Program-made: the position numbers and the translations under genes
Notes under the pieces: model-generated
Told to the model about the DNA's origin: nothing
The model's database searches: none
What the model saw: only the letters and a program-made list of their open reading frames with translations
Assembly: GCA_001794945.1 (NCBI GenBank)
Contig: MGMJ01000044.1
Span: forward strand, 1,415 to 52,093
Source: Chloroflexi bacterium GWC2_73_18
GTDB lineage: Bacteria > Chloroflexota > Limnocylindria > Limnocylindrales > CSP1-4
Length of the DNA: 50,679 nucleotides
Direction of reading: 5' to 3'
Part shown: positions 39,217-48,399 of the stretch, piece after piece
Position numbering within the stretch: the stretch's first letter is position 1
Layout of the letters: the number at the start of each line of letters is the position of its first letter

Positions 39217-40560
39217 ATGTTCTCCTGGGGCGACGCGCCCGTCCCCGGCGCGCGCGGGCTGCGGATCCTCAGCGTCGGGGAGGTGACGCGTCGCGTCCGC
39301 GAGGCGATCCGCACGGACGAGCTGCTCCGCGATCTGTGGGTGGAGGGCGAGGTCGGACGGGTCACCGTCAGCGCCGCCGGCCACGCCTACTTCACCCTCA
39401 AGGACGAACGCGCCCAGCTCGAGTGCGTCTGGTTCCGCGATGAGCGGCTCGCCTCGGCCTTCGAGGCGCGCACCGGGCTGCGCGTCGTGGCCCACGGCCG
39501 GCTCGATCTCTTCGAGCAGCAGGGCCGCGTGCAGCTGTACGTCGAGTCGCTCCAGCCGGCCGGTTTCGGCGACCTGGCGCTTCGTCTCGAAGAGCTGAAG
39601 GCGCGTCTCTCGGCCGAGGGGCTCTTCGATGCCGCTCGCAAGCGGCCGCTCCCCCCGTTGCCGCAGACGATCGGCGTGGTGACGTCTCCGAGCGGCGCCG
39701 TCTGGCACGACATCCGCCAGGTCCTGGCGCGCCGCTGGCCGCTGGCGCGCGTCCTCCTGGCTCCCTGCCTGGTGCAGGGCGAGGCGGCGCCCCCCACGAT
39801 CGTGGCCGCCCTCGGCCGGCTGGACCGCTACGGCGAGGTGGTGGGCGTCGCCGGGACGCCGGAGCTGGCGCCGGCCGTCGTGATCCTGGCGCGCGGCGGC
39901 GGCTCGCTGGAGGACCTGTGGGCCTTCAACGACGAGCGGGTGGTACGGGCCGTCGTGGGCCATCCCGTCCCGGTCGTCTGCGGCGTCGGCCACGAGGTCG
40001 ACGTGACCCTGGCTGACCTCGCTGCCGACATCCGTGCGCCGACCCCGTCGGCGGCCGCCGAGCTCGTCGCCCCCGACCGCGTCGCGTTCATGGCCGGGCT
40101 GCACGCGCGCGCGCGACAGATGGCGCGTGCCGTCGAGTCCGCCCTCGAGACGCCCCGCCGGCAGGTCTTCGAGGAGCGACGCGCGCTCGACCGCCTCCGG
40201 CCCGACGCCGTCCTCGCCGCCGAGCGGGAGCGAGCGGGACTCCTGCTCGACCGGGCGACGCGCGCCCTGGCGGCGCGCCTCGGGGAGGGGCGCAACCGCC
40301 TGGCCCGGTCCGGCGAGCGCCTGCCGTTGCTGGTGGCGGCGCGGTTGCGCGGGGCCTCGGCCCGGCTCGCCGCGACGGAGGCGGCGCTCTCCGCGCTCGG
40401 CCCATTCGCCACGCTCGAGCGCGGGTACGCGATCGTGCGGGACCGCGATGGGGCGATCGTCCGCGACGCGGCTACCCGCTCGCGCGGGGAGGACCTGTCG
40501 ATCCGCCTGGCACGGGGGGAACTGGATGCGCGCGTCGAGCGCGTCCGGCCGGCGCAGTAG
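39217..40560 (+). CDS. xseA: Exodeoxyribonuclease VII large subunit
   Basis: The N-terminal OB fold reads LSVGEVTRRVREAIRTDELLRDLWVEGEVGRVTVSAAGHAYFTLKDE. The catalytic region reads IGVVTSPSGAVWHDI...ILARGGGSLEDLWAFNDE, followed by a long C-terminal coiled coil. Confidence 0.9.
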   Translation: MFSWGDAPVPGARGLRILSVGEVTRRVREAIRTDELLRDLWVEGEVGRVTVSAAGHAYFTLKDERAQLECVWFRDERLASAFEARTGLRVVAHGRLDLFEQQGRVQLYVESLQPAGFGDLALRLEELKARLSAEGLFDAARKRPLPPLPQTIGVVTSPSGAVWHDIRQVLARRWPLARVLLAPCLVQGEAAPPTIVAALGRLDRYGEVVGVAGTPELAPAVVILARGGGSLEDLWAFNDERVVRAVVGHPVPVVCGVGHEVDVTLADLAADIRAPTPSAAAELVAPDRVAFMAGLHARARQMARAVESALETPRRQVFEERRALDRLRPDAVLAAERERAGLLLDRATRALAARLGEGRNRLARSGERLPLLVAARLRGASARLAATEAALSALGPFATLERGYAIVRDRDGAIVRDAATRSRGEDLSIRLARGELDARVERVRPAQ

Positions 40561-40561
40561 G

Positions 40562-40696
40562 ATGAGGCTGCTCGTCTTCCTCGTGGCGGTGCTGCTCGTG
40601 GCGGTCGCCGGCGCCGGCGCTGGTATGCTCCTCGCGCCGTTGACCGGCCGCCGGGTGGAGCGGCTCGCGGAGGACGAAGGAGACGATGGCGACTGA
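40562..40696 (+). CDS. Small (44 aa) membrane protein with a YtxH-like motif, wedged between xseA and xseB
   Basis: The translation is MRLLVFLVAVLLVAVAGAGAGMLLAPLTGRRVERLAEDEGDDGD. It has GC3-biased codons. The ATG lies 1 nt after the xseA stop, and the ORF overlaps the xseB start by 11 nt. The G..LLAP.tGr..R motif resembles YtxH. Confidence 0.5.
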   Translation: MRLLVFLVAVLLVAVAGAGAGMLLAPLTGRRVERLAEDEGDDGD

Positions 40697-40988
40697 GACC
40701 GTCTCCGGGCCGCCCGGCCCGGAGACGAACGGGGCGGGCGGGAGCGCGGACCCGGGGACGCTCCCCTTCGATCGCGCCCTGGCCGAACTCCAGGAGACGG
40801 TGACCCGCCTGGAGAGCGGCGGGCTGCCGTTGGAGGAGGCGATCACGCTATACGAGCGCGGCGTGGCGCTGCACGAGCGCTGCGCCCGGCTCCTGGCCGA
40901 TGCCGAGCTGCGCGTCCAGCGCCTGGTCGAGAGGGCCGGCGGGGCGCTCCAGGCGATCGAACTGTCGCCCGACGACCAGGACGGCTGA
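40686..40988 (+). CDS. xseB: Exodeoxyribonuclease VII small subunit
   Basis: The translation FDRALAELQETVTRLESGGLPLEEAITLYERGVALHERCARLLADAELRVQRL matches the XseB helical hairpin. A GAAGGAG Shine-Dalgarno lies just upstream. Confidence 0.85.
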   Translation: MATETVSGPPGPETNGAGGSADPGTLPFDRALAELQETVTRLESGGLPLEEAITLYERGVALHERCARLLADAELRVQRLVERAGGALQAIELSPDDQDG

Positions 40989-41049
40989 GGGCGGCGGGGT
41001 GGTGACCGTGCGCTACGATGGGCCGGGCCCCGTGGGCGACCCGACGAAG

Positions 41050-43053
41050 ATGGCGATCCTCCCCGATATCCACGGTCCAGAGGACCTGCGCTCCCTCTCC
41101 CATGCCGAGCTGACGCGGCTCTGCCGGGAGATCCGTGCCGTCATCATCGAGACGGTGGCGCAGACCGGCGGTCATCTCGGCTCGTCACTGGGCGCCGTCG
41201 AGCTGGCCGTCGCCCTCCACCGCACCCTCGAGTCGCCGCGCGACCGGGTGCTGTGGGACACCGGCCACCAGGCCTACGCCCACAAGCTGCTCACCGGACG
41301 CCTCGAGCGCTTCGGGACGCTCCGCCAGGTCGGGGGCATCGGGGGCTTCCCGCGGCGCAGCGAGTCGCCGCATGACGTCTTCGACGGGGGCCACGCCGGC
41401 ACCGGCCTTTCCATCGCCCAGGGGCTCGCCAACGCCCGCGACCTCCAGGGGCTCGAGCATCGTGTCGCCGTCGTCGTCGGCGACGCGGCGCTCATCAGCG
41501 GCCTCTCGCTGGAGGCGCTCAACGATATCGGCCACCGCCCCAGCCAGCTGCTGATCGTGCTCAACGACAACGAGATGTCGATCAGCCCCACGGTCGGCGC
41601 GCTCAGCACGTACCTGTCGCGCATCAAGCTCTCCGGAACGTGGCGCACCACCAAGGGCGCCTACGACCACCTGGTCGAGCGGGTCCCGCTCGCGGGACGG
41701 ACGCTGCTCGACCTGTCGCGCCGGCTGCGTCGGTCGGTCGTCACCTTCGCCCAGCCCGGCCAGCTCTTCGAGGATCTCGGCATCACCTACATCGGGGTGA
41801 TCGACGGGCACGATCTCCACGCGCTGGAGAGCACGCTCCGGGCCGCCCTCGTGTTGCGCACGCCGGTGCTCGTCCACGTTCGCACCCAGAAGGGGCGCGG
41901 CTACCCGCCGGCCGAGATCGACCGGATCTCGTTCCACGGCGCGGCGCTCCCCGAGATGAAGCTCGCCCCGGCACACGAGCGGGCGCTCGCCGAGCGTGCC
42001 CTCGACGGCGAAGGGGAGGCGACGCCGTCGCAGGAGCAGGCCGCGGTGGCGCGCCGCAAGCCGCCGACCTACACCCAGGTGCTGGCGCAGGAGCTGGTTG
42101 CCATCGCGGCCGAGGACCCGCGGGTCGTGGCGATCACCGCCGGCATGCCGACCGGCACCGGGCTGAGCCGCATCCAGGAGGCCTGCCCGGACCGCTTCAT
42201 CGACGTCGGCATCTGTGAACCGCACGCCGTGACGCTGGCGACCGGCCTGGCCCTCGGCGGGATGCGCCCGTTCGTGGCGGTCTACTCGACCTTCCTCCAG
42301 CGCGCCCTCGACGCGCAGGTCCACGACGCCTGCCAGAACGACCAGCCGGTCGTCATCGGCGTCGACCGCGCCGGGCTCGTCGGGGAGGACGGCACGAGTC
42401 ACCAGGGGATCTTCACGATCCCGGCCCAGCGACAGATCCCGAACATGGTGGTCGCCTCCCCGAAGGATGAGCAGGAGCTCCGCTCGCTGCTCCGCACCGC
42501 CTTCGCACAGGAGCATCCCTTCGCCCTCCACTACCCGCGCGACCCCGGCTTCGACCTGCCGCCCGCGCAGCCGCGGGTGCTGCCGGTCGGGCGCGGGGAG
42601 CTGCTCCGCGCGGGGACCGAGATCCTGCTGGTGGGCTTCGGCCCGATCGTGGGGCGGGCGCTGGCGGCGGCCGAGCGCCTGGCCGCCGAGGGCTGGTCGG
42701 TCGGGGTGGTCAACGGGCGCTTCGCCCAGCCGCTCGACCGCGACCTGATCGCGGCCGAAGCGCGTGGCAAACGGCTGGTGGTGACCCTCGAGGAGAGCGT
42801 CGCGGCGGGCGGCTTCGGTGGCGCCGTCCTCGAGGCGCTGGCGGCGGCCGGTCTCGATGACGCGACCGTCCGCGAGGTGCCGGCGCTGGTGATCGGGATC
42901 CCGGCCGGGCGCTTCGTCGACCACGGTGCGGTCGCCGACCTGCGGCGGGCGCTCCGCCTCGACACGGACGGGATCGTGGAGCAGGTCCGCGAGGCGCTCG
43001 AGCGGCTCGGCGCCCGGCCGGCGCTGCCGCTCCAGGCGACGCGCACGGCCTGA
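41050..43053 (+). CDS. dxs: 1-deoxy-D-xylulose-5-phosphate synthase
   Basis: The N-terminus is MAILPDIHGPEDLRSLSHAELTRLCREIR...GGHLGSSLGAVELAVALH. Other motifs are DTGHQAYAHKLLTGR and the TPP motif VVVGDAALISGLSLEALN...VLNDNEMSIS, followed by C-terminal transketolase-like domains. Confidence 0.95.
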   Translation: MAILPDIHGPEDLRSLSHAELTRLCREIRAVIIETVAQTGGHLGSSLGAVELAVALHRTLESPRDRVLWDTGHQAYAHKLLTGRLERFGTLRQVGGIGGFPRRSESPHDVFDGGHAGTGLSIAQGLANARDLQGLEHRVAVVVGDAALISGLSLEALNDIGHRPSQLLIVLNDNEMSISPTVGALSTYLSRIKLSGTWRTTKGAYDHLVERVPLAGRTLLDLSRRLRRSVVTFAQPGQLFEDLGITYIGVIDGHDLHALESTLRAALVLRTPVLVHVRTQKGRGYPPAEIDRISFHGAALPEMKLAPAHERALAERALDGEGEATPSQEQAAVARRKPPTYTQVLAQELVAIAAEDPRVVAITAGMPTGTGLSRIQEACPDRFIDVGICEPHAVTLATGLALGGMRPFVAVYSTFLQRALDAQVHDACQNDQPVVIGVDRAGLVGEDGTSHQGIFTIPAQRQIPNMVVASPKDEQELRSLLRTAFAQEHPFALHYPRDPGFDLPPAQPRVLPVGRGELLRAGTEILLVGFGPIVGRALAAAERLAAEGWSVGVVNGRFAQPLDRDLIAAEARGKRLVVTLEESVAAGGFGGAVLEALAAAGLDDATVREVPALVIGIPAGRFVDHGAVADLRRALRLDTDGIVEQVREALERLGARPALPLQATRTA

Positions 43054-43058
43054 CGAGG

Positions 43059-43865
43059 GTGACCTCGCGGCCCGGGAACCGCGTCCGGCTCGATCAGCTG
43101 ATCGTCGAGCGAGGGCTGGCGGAGTCGCGGGCGCGCGCCCAGGCGCTCCTGCTCGCGGGCCGGATCCGCGCCGGGGCCGGGGCGGGGGCGCGCGTCGACC
43201 GGCGGCCGGGCGATCTCGTTGCCCCGGACCTCCCGCTCGCGGTCAAGCAGACGCCGGCCTGGGTCTCGCGCGGCGGCGAGAAGCTCGCCGCGGCGCTCGA
43301 TCGTTTCCTCGCGGACGACCCGGGCGTCGATCCGGCGGGACGGGTCTGCCTCGACGTCGGTGCCTCGACGGGCGGTTTCACCGACGTCCTGTTGCGGCGT
43401 GGCGCGCGCCGTGTCTATGCTCTCGACGTGGGCCGCGGGCAGCTCGCCGAGTCGCTTCGGACCGATCCGCGTGTCGTCTCGCTGGAGCGCACGAACGCGC
43501 GCCAGCTCGCCCCCGACGCGGCCGCGCCGGTGCGGCTCCCCGAGCCGGTGACGTTCGCCACGGTGGACGTCTCCTTCATCTCGCTGGAGAAGGTTCTCGG
43601 CCCGCTGGCCGCGACCTTCGCGCCGGGGGGTGGGCGGATCGTGGCGCTGGTGAAGCCTCAGTTCGAGGCCGGGCGCGAGCAGGTGCGCCGCGGCGTCGTG
43701 CGTGACCCGGCGGTCCACCGGGCCGTGCTCGAGCGGATCCGGCGACACGCGGCGGGGCTCGGCCTCGGGGTGCGGGGCGAGACGCCCTCACCCCTGGTCG
43801 GCCCGGCCGGCAACCGGGAGTTCTTCCTCGATCTCGAGGTGCCGCCGCGCGAGGGCGGGACGTGA
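43059..43865 (+). CDS. tlyA: TlyA-family rRNA 2'-O-ribose methyltransferase
   Basis: An S4-like N-terminus (RLDQLIVERGLAESRARAQALLLAGRI) is followed by an FtsJ fold (VSRGGEKLAAAL...CLDVGASTGGFTDVLLRRGARRVYALDVGRGQL). Confidence 0.9.
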   Translation: MTSRPGNRVRLDQLIVERGLAESRARAQALLLAGRIRAGAGAGARVDRRPGDLVAPDLPLAVKQTPAWVSRGGEKLAAALDRFLADDPGVDPAGRVCLDVGASTGGFTDVLLRRGARRVYALDVGRGQLAESLRTDPRVVSLERTNARQLAPDAAAPVRLPEPVTFATVDVSFISLEKVLGPLAATFAPGGGRIVALVKPQFEAGREQVRRGVVRDPAVHRAVLERIRRHAAGLGLGVRGETPSPLVGPAGNREFFLDLEVPPREGGT

Positions 43866-44695
43866 AGCGCCTCGGCTTCGCCTTCAACCCCACCAATCCG
43901 GCGGCCGAGGCGCTGCGCGACCGCGCCCTCGCCTGGTGTGCCGCGCACGCCCTCGAGGCGTGGGCCCACCCGGCCGACCACGACGCCATCGTGGGCGAGC
44001 TGGGCGACAGCGATGCCGTCGTCGTCCTGGGCGGAGACGGCACCTTCCTGCGCGCCGCGCGCGCCGTGGCGACCGGCGAGGTTCCGATCGTCGGCGTCAA
44101 CCTGGGCAAGATCGGCTTCCTCTCCAAGGTCGAGGCGGAGGGTCTCGAGATGCTGCTCGACCAGCTCGTGGCCGGCACCTACACGCTCGAGCCGCGGATG
44201 GCTCTCGACGCCGCGGTGCGCCCCGGCGGAGGACCGGCCACGGCCAGGTACGTCGGCATGAACGAGGCGGCGATCGTGCGCGGAGCGCAGGCCCGCGTGG
44301 TACGCCTCGGCGTCGAGATCGGCGGCTCCCACCTGGCCACCTTCATCGCCGACGGCCTGGTCGTCGCCACGCCGACCGGCTCGACCGGCTACTCCTTCTC
44401 GGCCGGCGGACCGATCCTCGATCCGGTCGGCCGCAACCTCGTGGTGACCCCCATCGCCGCCTACCTCGCCGCCATCCGCTCGGTGGTGGTCAGCCCCCAG
44501 CATGCGGTGGTCGTGCGCGTGGTGGACGCCTTCGACGTGCTGCTCAACATCGACGGGCACGTCGACGTCGCGCTGGCCGTCGGCGACGTGGTGGAGGTCC
44601 AGGCACGCAGCCAGCCGGTCCGCTTCGTGGTGCCCGCGGGGGCCCTGCCGTTCTGGGATTTGCTCCGGCAGAAGGCGGAGCTGCTGCCCTCGTGA
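43862..44695 (+). CDS. nadK: NAD kinase
   Basis: The translation includes VVVLGGDGTFLRAAR...PIVGVNLGKIGFL...ADGLVVATPTGSTGYSFSAGGPIL. GTG 43862 overlaps the tlyA stop (GTGA). Confidence 0.9.
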   Translation: MKRLGFAFNPTNPAAEALRDRALAWCAAHALEAWAHPADHDAIVGELGDSDAVVVLGGDGTFLRAARAVATGEVPIVGVNLGKIGFLSKVEAEGLEMLLDQLVAGTYTLEPRMALDAAVRPGGGPATARYVGMNEAAIVRGAQARVVRLGVEIGGSHLATFIADGLVVATPTGSTGYSFSAGGPILDPVGRNLVVTPIAAYLAAIRSVVVSPQHAVVVRVVDAFDVLLNIDGHVDVALAVGDVVEVQARSQPVRFVVPAGALPFWDLLRQKAELLPS

Positions 44696-45657
44696 ACGGG
44701 GAGCAGGGGGGAGCTGGCGCGCAGCGCATGAGCGCGCGCGAGCGCCGCGGGCCCGTGGCGCTCGAGGAGGCGGTCGCCGGCTACCTGCTCTTCCTGCGCG
44801 TCGAACGCGGCCTCTCGCCGCGCAGCATCGAGGCCTACCGCGCGGACCTCCGCGACTTCGCCGCCGCGGCGCCGAGGATCGCCGCCTGGGCTCGCACCCC
44901 CGAGCCGGCGCAGCGCTACCTGCAGACGCTCCGCGTCGAGCGGCACCGTGCCCCCGGCACCATCCGGCGACGCGCCGCGGCGATCCGCGCCTTCTACCGC
45001 TTCGCCTTCGGCGAGGAGGTGATCGGGGTCGACGTCGGCGGGCTCCTCGACCTGCCGCGCCAGGCCCGGCGGTTGCCCGACGTCCTCGAGGTCGCCGACG
45101 TGGAACGGCTGCTGGAGGCGCCCGACCCGGCCGATCCGCGCGGCCTCCGCGACCGGGCGCTCCTCGAGCTCCTCTACGCCAGCGGCCTGCGCGTCGGCGA
45201 GGCGGTCGGGCTCGACGCCGAGGACCTCTCGCTGGAGGGGGCCTTCGTGCGGGTCCTGGGCAAGGGGGGCCGCGAGCGGCTCGTGCCCGTCGGGGAGCCG
45301 GCCATGGCCGCCCTCGGCCGCTATTCGGACACGGTCCGTCCCGCCTGGCTCGCCCGTGGTCACGTGGCCCCCGTCCACGGCGGGCCGCTCTTCCTCTCGG
45401 CGCGCGGACGGCGGCTCACCCGCCAGGCCGCCTGGATGATCGTCCGCGCGGCCGCCACCCGCGCCGGGACGCGCGGCCACGTGTCGCCGCACACGCTGCG
45501 CCACTCGTTCGCCACCCATCTCCTCGAGGGCGGCGCCGACCTGCGCGTCGTCCAGGAGTTGCTCGGACATGCGAGTATCAGCACGACGCAGCTCTACACG
45601 CACCTGACGGGGCCGCGCATCAAGGAGGTCTACGCCCGCGCCCACCCGCGCGCCTGA
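44692..45657 (+). CDS. xerD: Tyrosine recombinase, XerD/XerC family
   Basis: The translation includes AGYLLFLRVERGLSPRSIEAYRADLRDF...RDRALLELLYASGLRVGEAVGL...HTLRHSFATHLLEGGADLRVVQELLGHASISTTQLYTHL. GTG 44692 overlaps the nadK stop. An alternative ATG start is at 44728. Confidence 0.85.
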   Translation: MNGEQGGAGAQRMSARERRGPVALEEAVAGYLLFLRVERGLSPRSIEAYRADLRDFAAAAPRIAAWARTPEPAQRYLQTLRVERHRAPGTIRRRAAAIRAFYRFAFGEEVIGVDVGGLLDLPRQARRLPDVLEVADVERLLEAPDPADPRGLRDRALLELLYASGLRVGEAVGLDAEDLSLEGAFVRVLGKGGRERLVPVGEPAMAALGRYSDTVRPAWLARGHVAPVHGGPLFLSARGRRLTRQAAWMIVRAAATRAGTRGHVSPHTLRHSFATHLLEGGADLRVVQELLGHASISTTQLYTHLTGPRIKEVYARAHPRA

Positions 45658-45691
45658 GCGTGGCGGCCGGGCCGCACCAGGAGGCAGAGGC

Positions 45692-46369
45692 ATGCGCTAC
45701 GCGGACACGCTGATGTCGGAGGGCGAACACGTCGTCCTCCGCAGCCGCCAGCACTGGCTGGCGCTCCTCATCGAGGGCCGGACGGGGATCGGGCTCTTCA
45801 TCCTCGGGCTGATCGTCTTCATCGTCGTGCAGTGGCTGAAACTGACAGCGATCGAAGGGGTGGCCGGCTGGGCGACGCTGGCCCTGGTGGTCGTCGGCGC
45901 GTTCCTCTTCGGCTGGAAGCTCTGGAACTGGTGGGCACAGGACTACCTGGTCACCAACCGGCGGATCCTCAAGGTGGAGGGGGTCTTCAACAAGCGCTCG
46001 GCTGACTCGAGCCTGGAGAAGATCAACGACGCCGTCCTCGAGCAGAACGTCGTCGGCCGGCTCCTCGGCTACGGCGACCTCAACATCCTGACCGCGGCCG
46101 ACCAGGCGATCGACGAGTACCGCATGCTCAACCACGCCCCTGATTTCAAGCGTCAGATGCTCAACCAGAAGCACCAGCTCGAGCTCGAGCTGGAGGGCGG
46201 TATCCAGGTGACGGCGCCGCTCCGTGCCGCCGAGCCGGCCGCCGAGCCGGCCGCCCAGGCCGAGGAGGTGACCGAGACGCTCGCCCGCCTGGCCGACCTG
46301 CGCGACCGCGGGGCGATCACGCCCGAGGAGTACGAGACCAAGAAGCAGGAGCTGCTCGGCCGGCTCTAG
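45692..46369 (+). CDS. Membrane bacterial-PH (YdbT/bPH_2-like) domain protein with a C-terminal SHOCT domain
   Basis: Two TM segments are followed by YLVTNRRILKVEGVFNKRSADSSLEKINDAVLEQNVVGRLLGYGDLNI (PH-like). The C-terminus LARLADLRDRGAITPEEYETKKQELLGRL is the SHOCT pattern. An AGGAGG Shine-Dalgarno is at 45678-45683. Confidence 0.75.
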   Translation: MRYADTLMSEGEHVVLRSRQHWLALLIEGRTGIGLFILGLIVFIVVQWLKLTAIEGVAGWATLALVVVGAFLFGWKLWNWWAQDYLVTNRRILKVEGVFNKRSADSSLEKINDAVLEQNVVGRLLGYGDLNILTAADQAIDEYRMLNHAPDFKRQMLNQKHQLELELEGGIQVTAPLRAAEPAAEPAAQAEEVTETLARLADLRDRGAITPEEYETKKQELLGRL

Positions 46370-46393
46370 CGGTCCGGCGGCCGCCCCGCTCGG

Positions 46394-46413
46394 CCCTCGG
46401 TCGCGGCCGAGGG
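46394..46413 (+). terminator. GC hairpin after the PH/SHOCT gene (ccctcgg-tcgcgg-ccgaggg)
   Basis: A 7-bp inverted repeat 25 nt after the stop. It is followed by TACGAT (46418-46423), a possible -10 for the next gene. Confidence 0.3.
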
Positions 46414-46462
46414 GCGATACGATACGGCGCGACTCTCACCACCCGACAGGAGGCGCGCCCCT

Positions 46463-47095
46463 GTGCTGTTCGACCTCGACCCGACCCGCCTGATCGCCGC
46501 CGGGGTGATCCTGCTGGTCGGCTTCCCCGTCCACGAGTTCTCGCACGCCCTGGCCGCCTACCGGCTGGGCGACTCGACCGCCCGCTTCCTTGGCCGGCTC
46601 ACCCTCAACCCGCTCGCCCATCTCGACCCATTCGGTGCCCTGGCGCTGCTGCTCACCGGGATGGTCGGCTGGGCGAAGCCGACGCCGGTCAACCCGGTCA
46701 ACCTCTCCGGCGGCCGGCGCGGCGAGGCACTGGTGGCCGCCGCCGGACCGCTCTCCAACCTGGTGCTGGCGATGCTCTTCGCCATCCCGTTCCGCGCGAT
46801 CGTCGCCCTCGGGCTCCGGAATGACGTTCCGATCGAGCTCCTTCGCATCCTCGACTTCTGCGTCCTGATCAACCTGGCCCTCATGCTCTTCAACCTGGTC
46901 CCCATCCCGCCGCTCGACGGATACAGGGTGCTGCTCGGCCTGGTCGACCCGCGGACCGCCTGGCGCCTGCGCGCCTACGAGCCGTACGCCATGTACGGCC
47001 TGCTCATCCTCGTCTTCCTGCTCGCCGCCACGCCCCTCCGTTTCGCCTTCGGGCGGCTCCTCGACGCGATGACCGGCTTCCTGATCGGTGTCTAG
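46463..47095 (+). CDS. Site-2-protease-family zinc metalloprotease (peptidase M50)
   Basis: The HExxH motif lies in a TM segment (FPVHEFSHALAAY). Also present are GRLTLNPLAHLDPFG and the LFNLVPIPPLDG motif. GTG 46463 lies 9 nt after AGGAGG. Confidence 0.85.
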   Translation: MLFDLDPTRLIAAGVILLVGFPVHEFSHALAAYRLGDSTARFLGRLTLNPLAHLDPFGALALLLTGMVGWAKPTPVNPVNLSGGRRGEALVAAAGPLSNLVLAMLFAIPFRAIVALGLRNDVPIELLRILDFCVLINLALMLFNLVPIPPLDGYRVLLGLVDPRTAWRLRAYEPYAMYGLLILVFLLAATPLRFAFGRLLDAMTGFLIGV

Positions 47096-47603
47096 GGGCG
47101 GCCCGGCGATCGCCTGGTGGCGCGGCAAGATCGGCCGGTTTCGGGGCCATCTGCGCTCCACGGTGCGGCCCGAAGAACGCGAGGAGCTCGCCGGTTGGCT
47201 GACGCCGGCCCAGCTGGCGCTCTTCGAGGCGATGCCGGTCGCCGACCGGCGCCACGGGCTCGATGTGGTCGCCGCCCTTCGCACGGCCGGTCACGGCAAC
47301 GACCGCGAGCTGCTGCTGGCCGGCCTCCTCCACGACGCGGGCAAGGGTCCCCGGGTCCGGCTCTGGCACCGCGTCGCCTGGTCGCTCACCGAGCGTTACG
47401 GGGCCTGGATCGCCGCTTCCGCGCGCCGGCTGCCGGGCGGCCGCGAGGGGCTCGAGCGGCTGGCGCACCATGCCGACCGGTCGGCGGAGCTGGCGCGCGC
47501 GGCGGGGGCGTCGGAGCGGACCGCCGCCCTGATCCGCCATCGTGCGGCGCCGCAGGACGGGCCGGCGCTCGAGGCGCTCCGCCTGGCCGACGAGGGGAGC
47601 TGA
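47088..47603 (+). CDS. HD-domain phosphohydrolase-like protein
   Basis: The HD superfamily signature is present: ...VADRRHGLDV...LLAGLLHDAGKG...HHADRSAE. GTG 47088 overlaps the upstream gene by 8 nt. Confidence 0.7.
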   Translation: MSRGGPAIAWWRGKIGRFRGHLRSTVRPEEREELAGWLTPAQLALFEAMPVADRRHGLDVVAALRTAGHGNDRELLLAGLLHDAGKGPRVRLWHRVAWSLTERYGAWIAASARRLPGGREGLERLAHHADRSAELARAAGASERTAALIRHRAAPQDGPALEALRLADEGS

Positions 47604-47604
47604 C

Positions 47605-48399
47605 GTGACCGCACCCTCGCTGGAGGTGACCCTTCGGCCGGACCGCGCCGGCACGGCGACGCCGGTCATCCGCATCGGCGCCTTCGACGGGCCGCTGGCG
47701 CTGCTGCTGGCGGTCATCGAGGCCCGCCGGCTCGACGTCCTCACCGTGCCGCTCGGCGATCTCGCCGAGGCCTTCCTCGAGGCGCTGGCGCACCTGGAGG
47801 GCGACCGCCTGCCCAGCCTCTCCTCCTTCGTCGAGGTGGCGGCGCAGCTGATCCTGATCAAGTCACGGGCCCTCCTGCCGCGGCCGCTCGCCCCGCCGCC
47901 GGGGGAAGGGCTCGAGGAGGGGTTCGATCCCGAGGAGGAGTTGCGTCGGCGCCTCGTCCTCTACCGTGCCTACCGCGACGCTGGGCGGCGGCTCGCGGAG
48001 CGGCTGGCGTGGCCCGGTCTCTTCCACCGCGAGGCGGGCGTGGCCGCTGCGGCCGGCCTCGCCGGGGCGCGACCGCCGCAGGAGCCGACGCTCGATCCGG
48101 CCGCGCTGGCGGACGCCCTCCGCGGGCTGGCCCGCCTCCTCCCGCCTCCCGAGCTGGCCCCCGGGCGGCTCGTCCGTGAGATCACCATGGAGGAGCGCGC
48201 CGAGGCGATCCGCGCCGCCCTTCGCGCGGCCCCGGTCATCGTTCTCCAGGAGCTGCTGCGGGGCGTGCGCGACCGGGTCGTGGCGGCGGTCACCTTCCTG
48301 GCCATGCTCGAGCTGGTCAAGCGACGCGAGCTGATCGTGGAGCAGGCCGAGCCGTGGGGGCCGATCGTCTGCCGCCGTCCCGGGGAGGGGGGCGCGTGA
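47605..48399 (+). CDS. scpA: Segregation and condensation protein A
   Basis: The translation includes FDGPLALLLAVIEARRLDVLTVPLGDLAEAFLEAL...FVEVAAQLILIKSRALLP...VAAVTFLAMLELVKRRELIVEQ. GTG 47605 lies after a GAGGGGAG sequence. Confidence 0.85.
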   Translation: MTAPSLEVTLRPDRAGTATPVIRIGAFDGPLALLLAVIEARRLDVLTVPLGDLAEAFLEALAHLEGDRLPSLSSFVEVAAQLILIKSRALLPRPLAPPPGEGLEEGFDPEEELRRRLVLYRAYRDAGRRLAERLAWPGLFHREAGVAAAAGLAGARPPQEPTLDPAALADALRGLARLLPPPELAPGRLVREITMEERAEAIRAALRAAPVIVLQELLRGVRDRVVAAVTFLAMLELVKRRELIVEQAEPWGPIVCRRPGEGGA

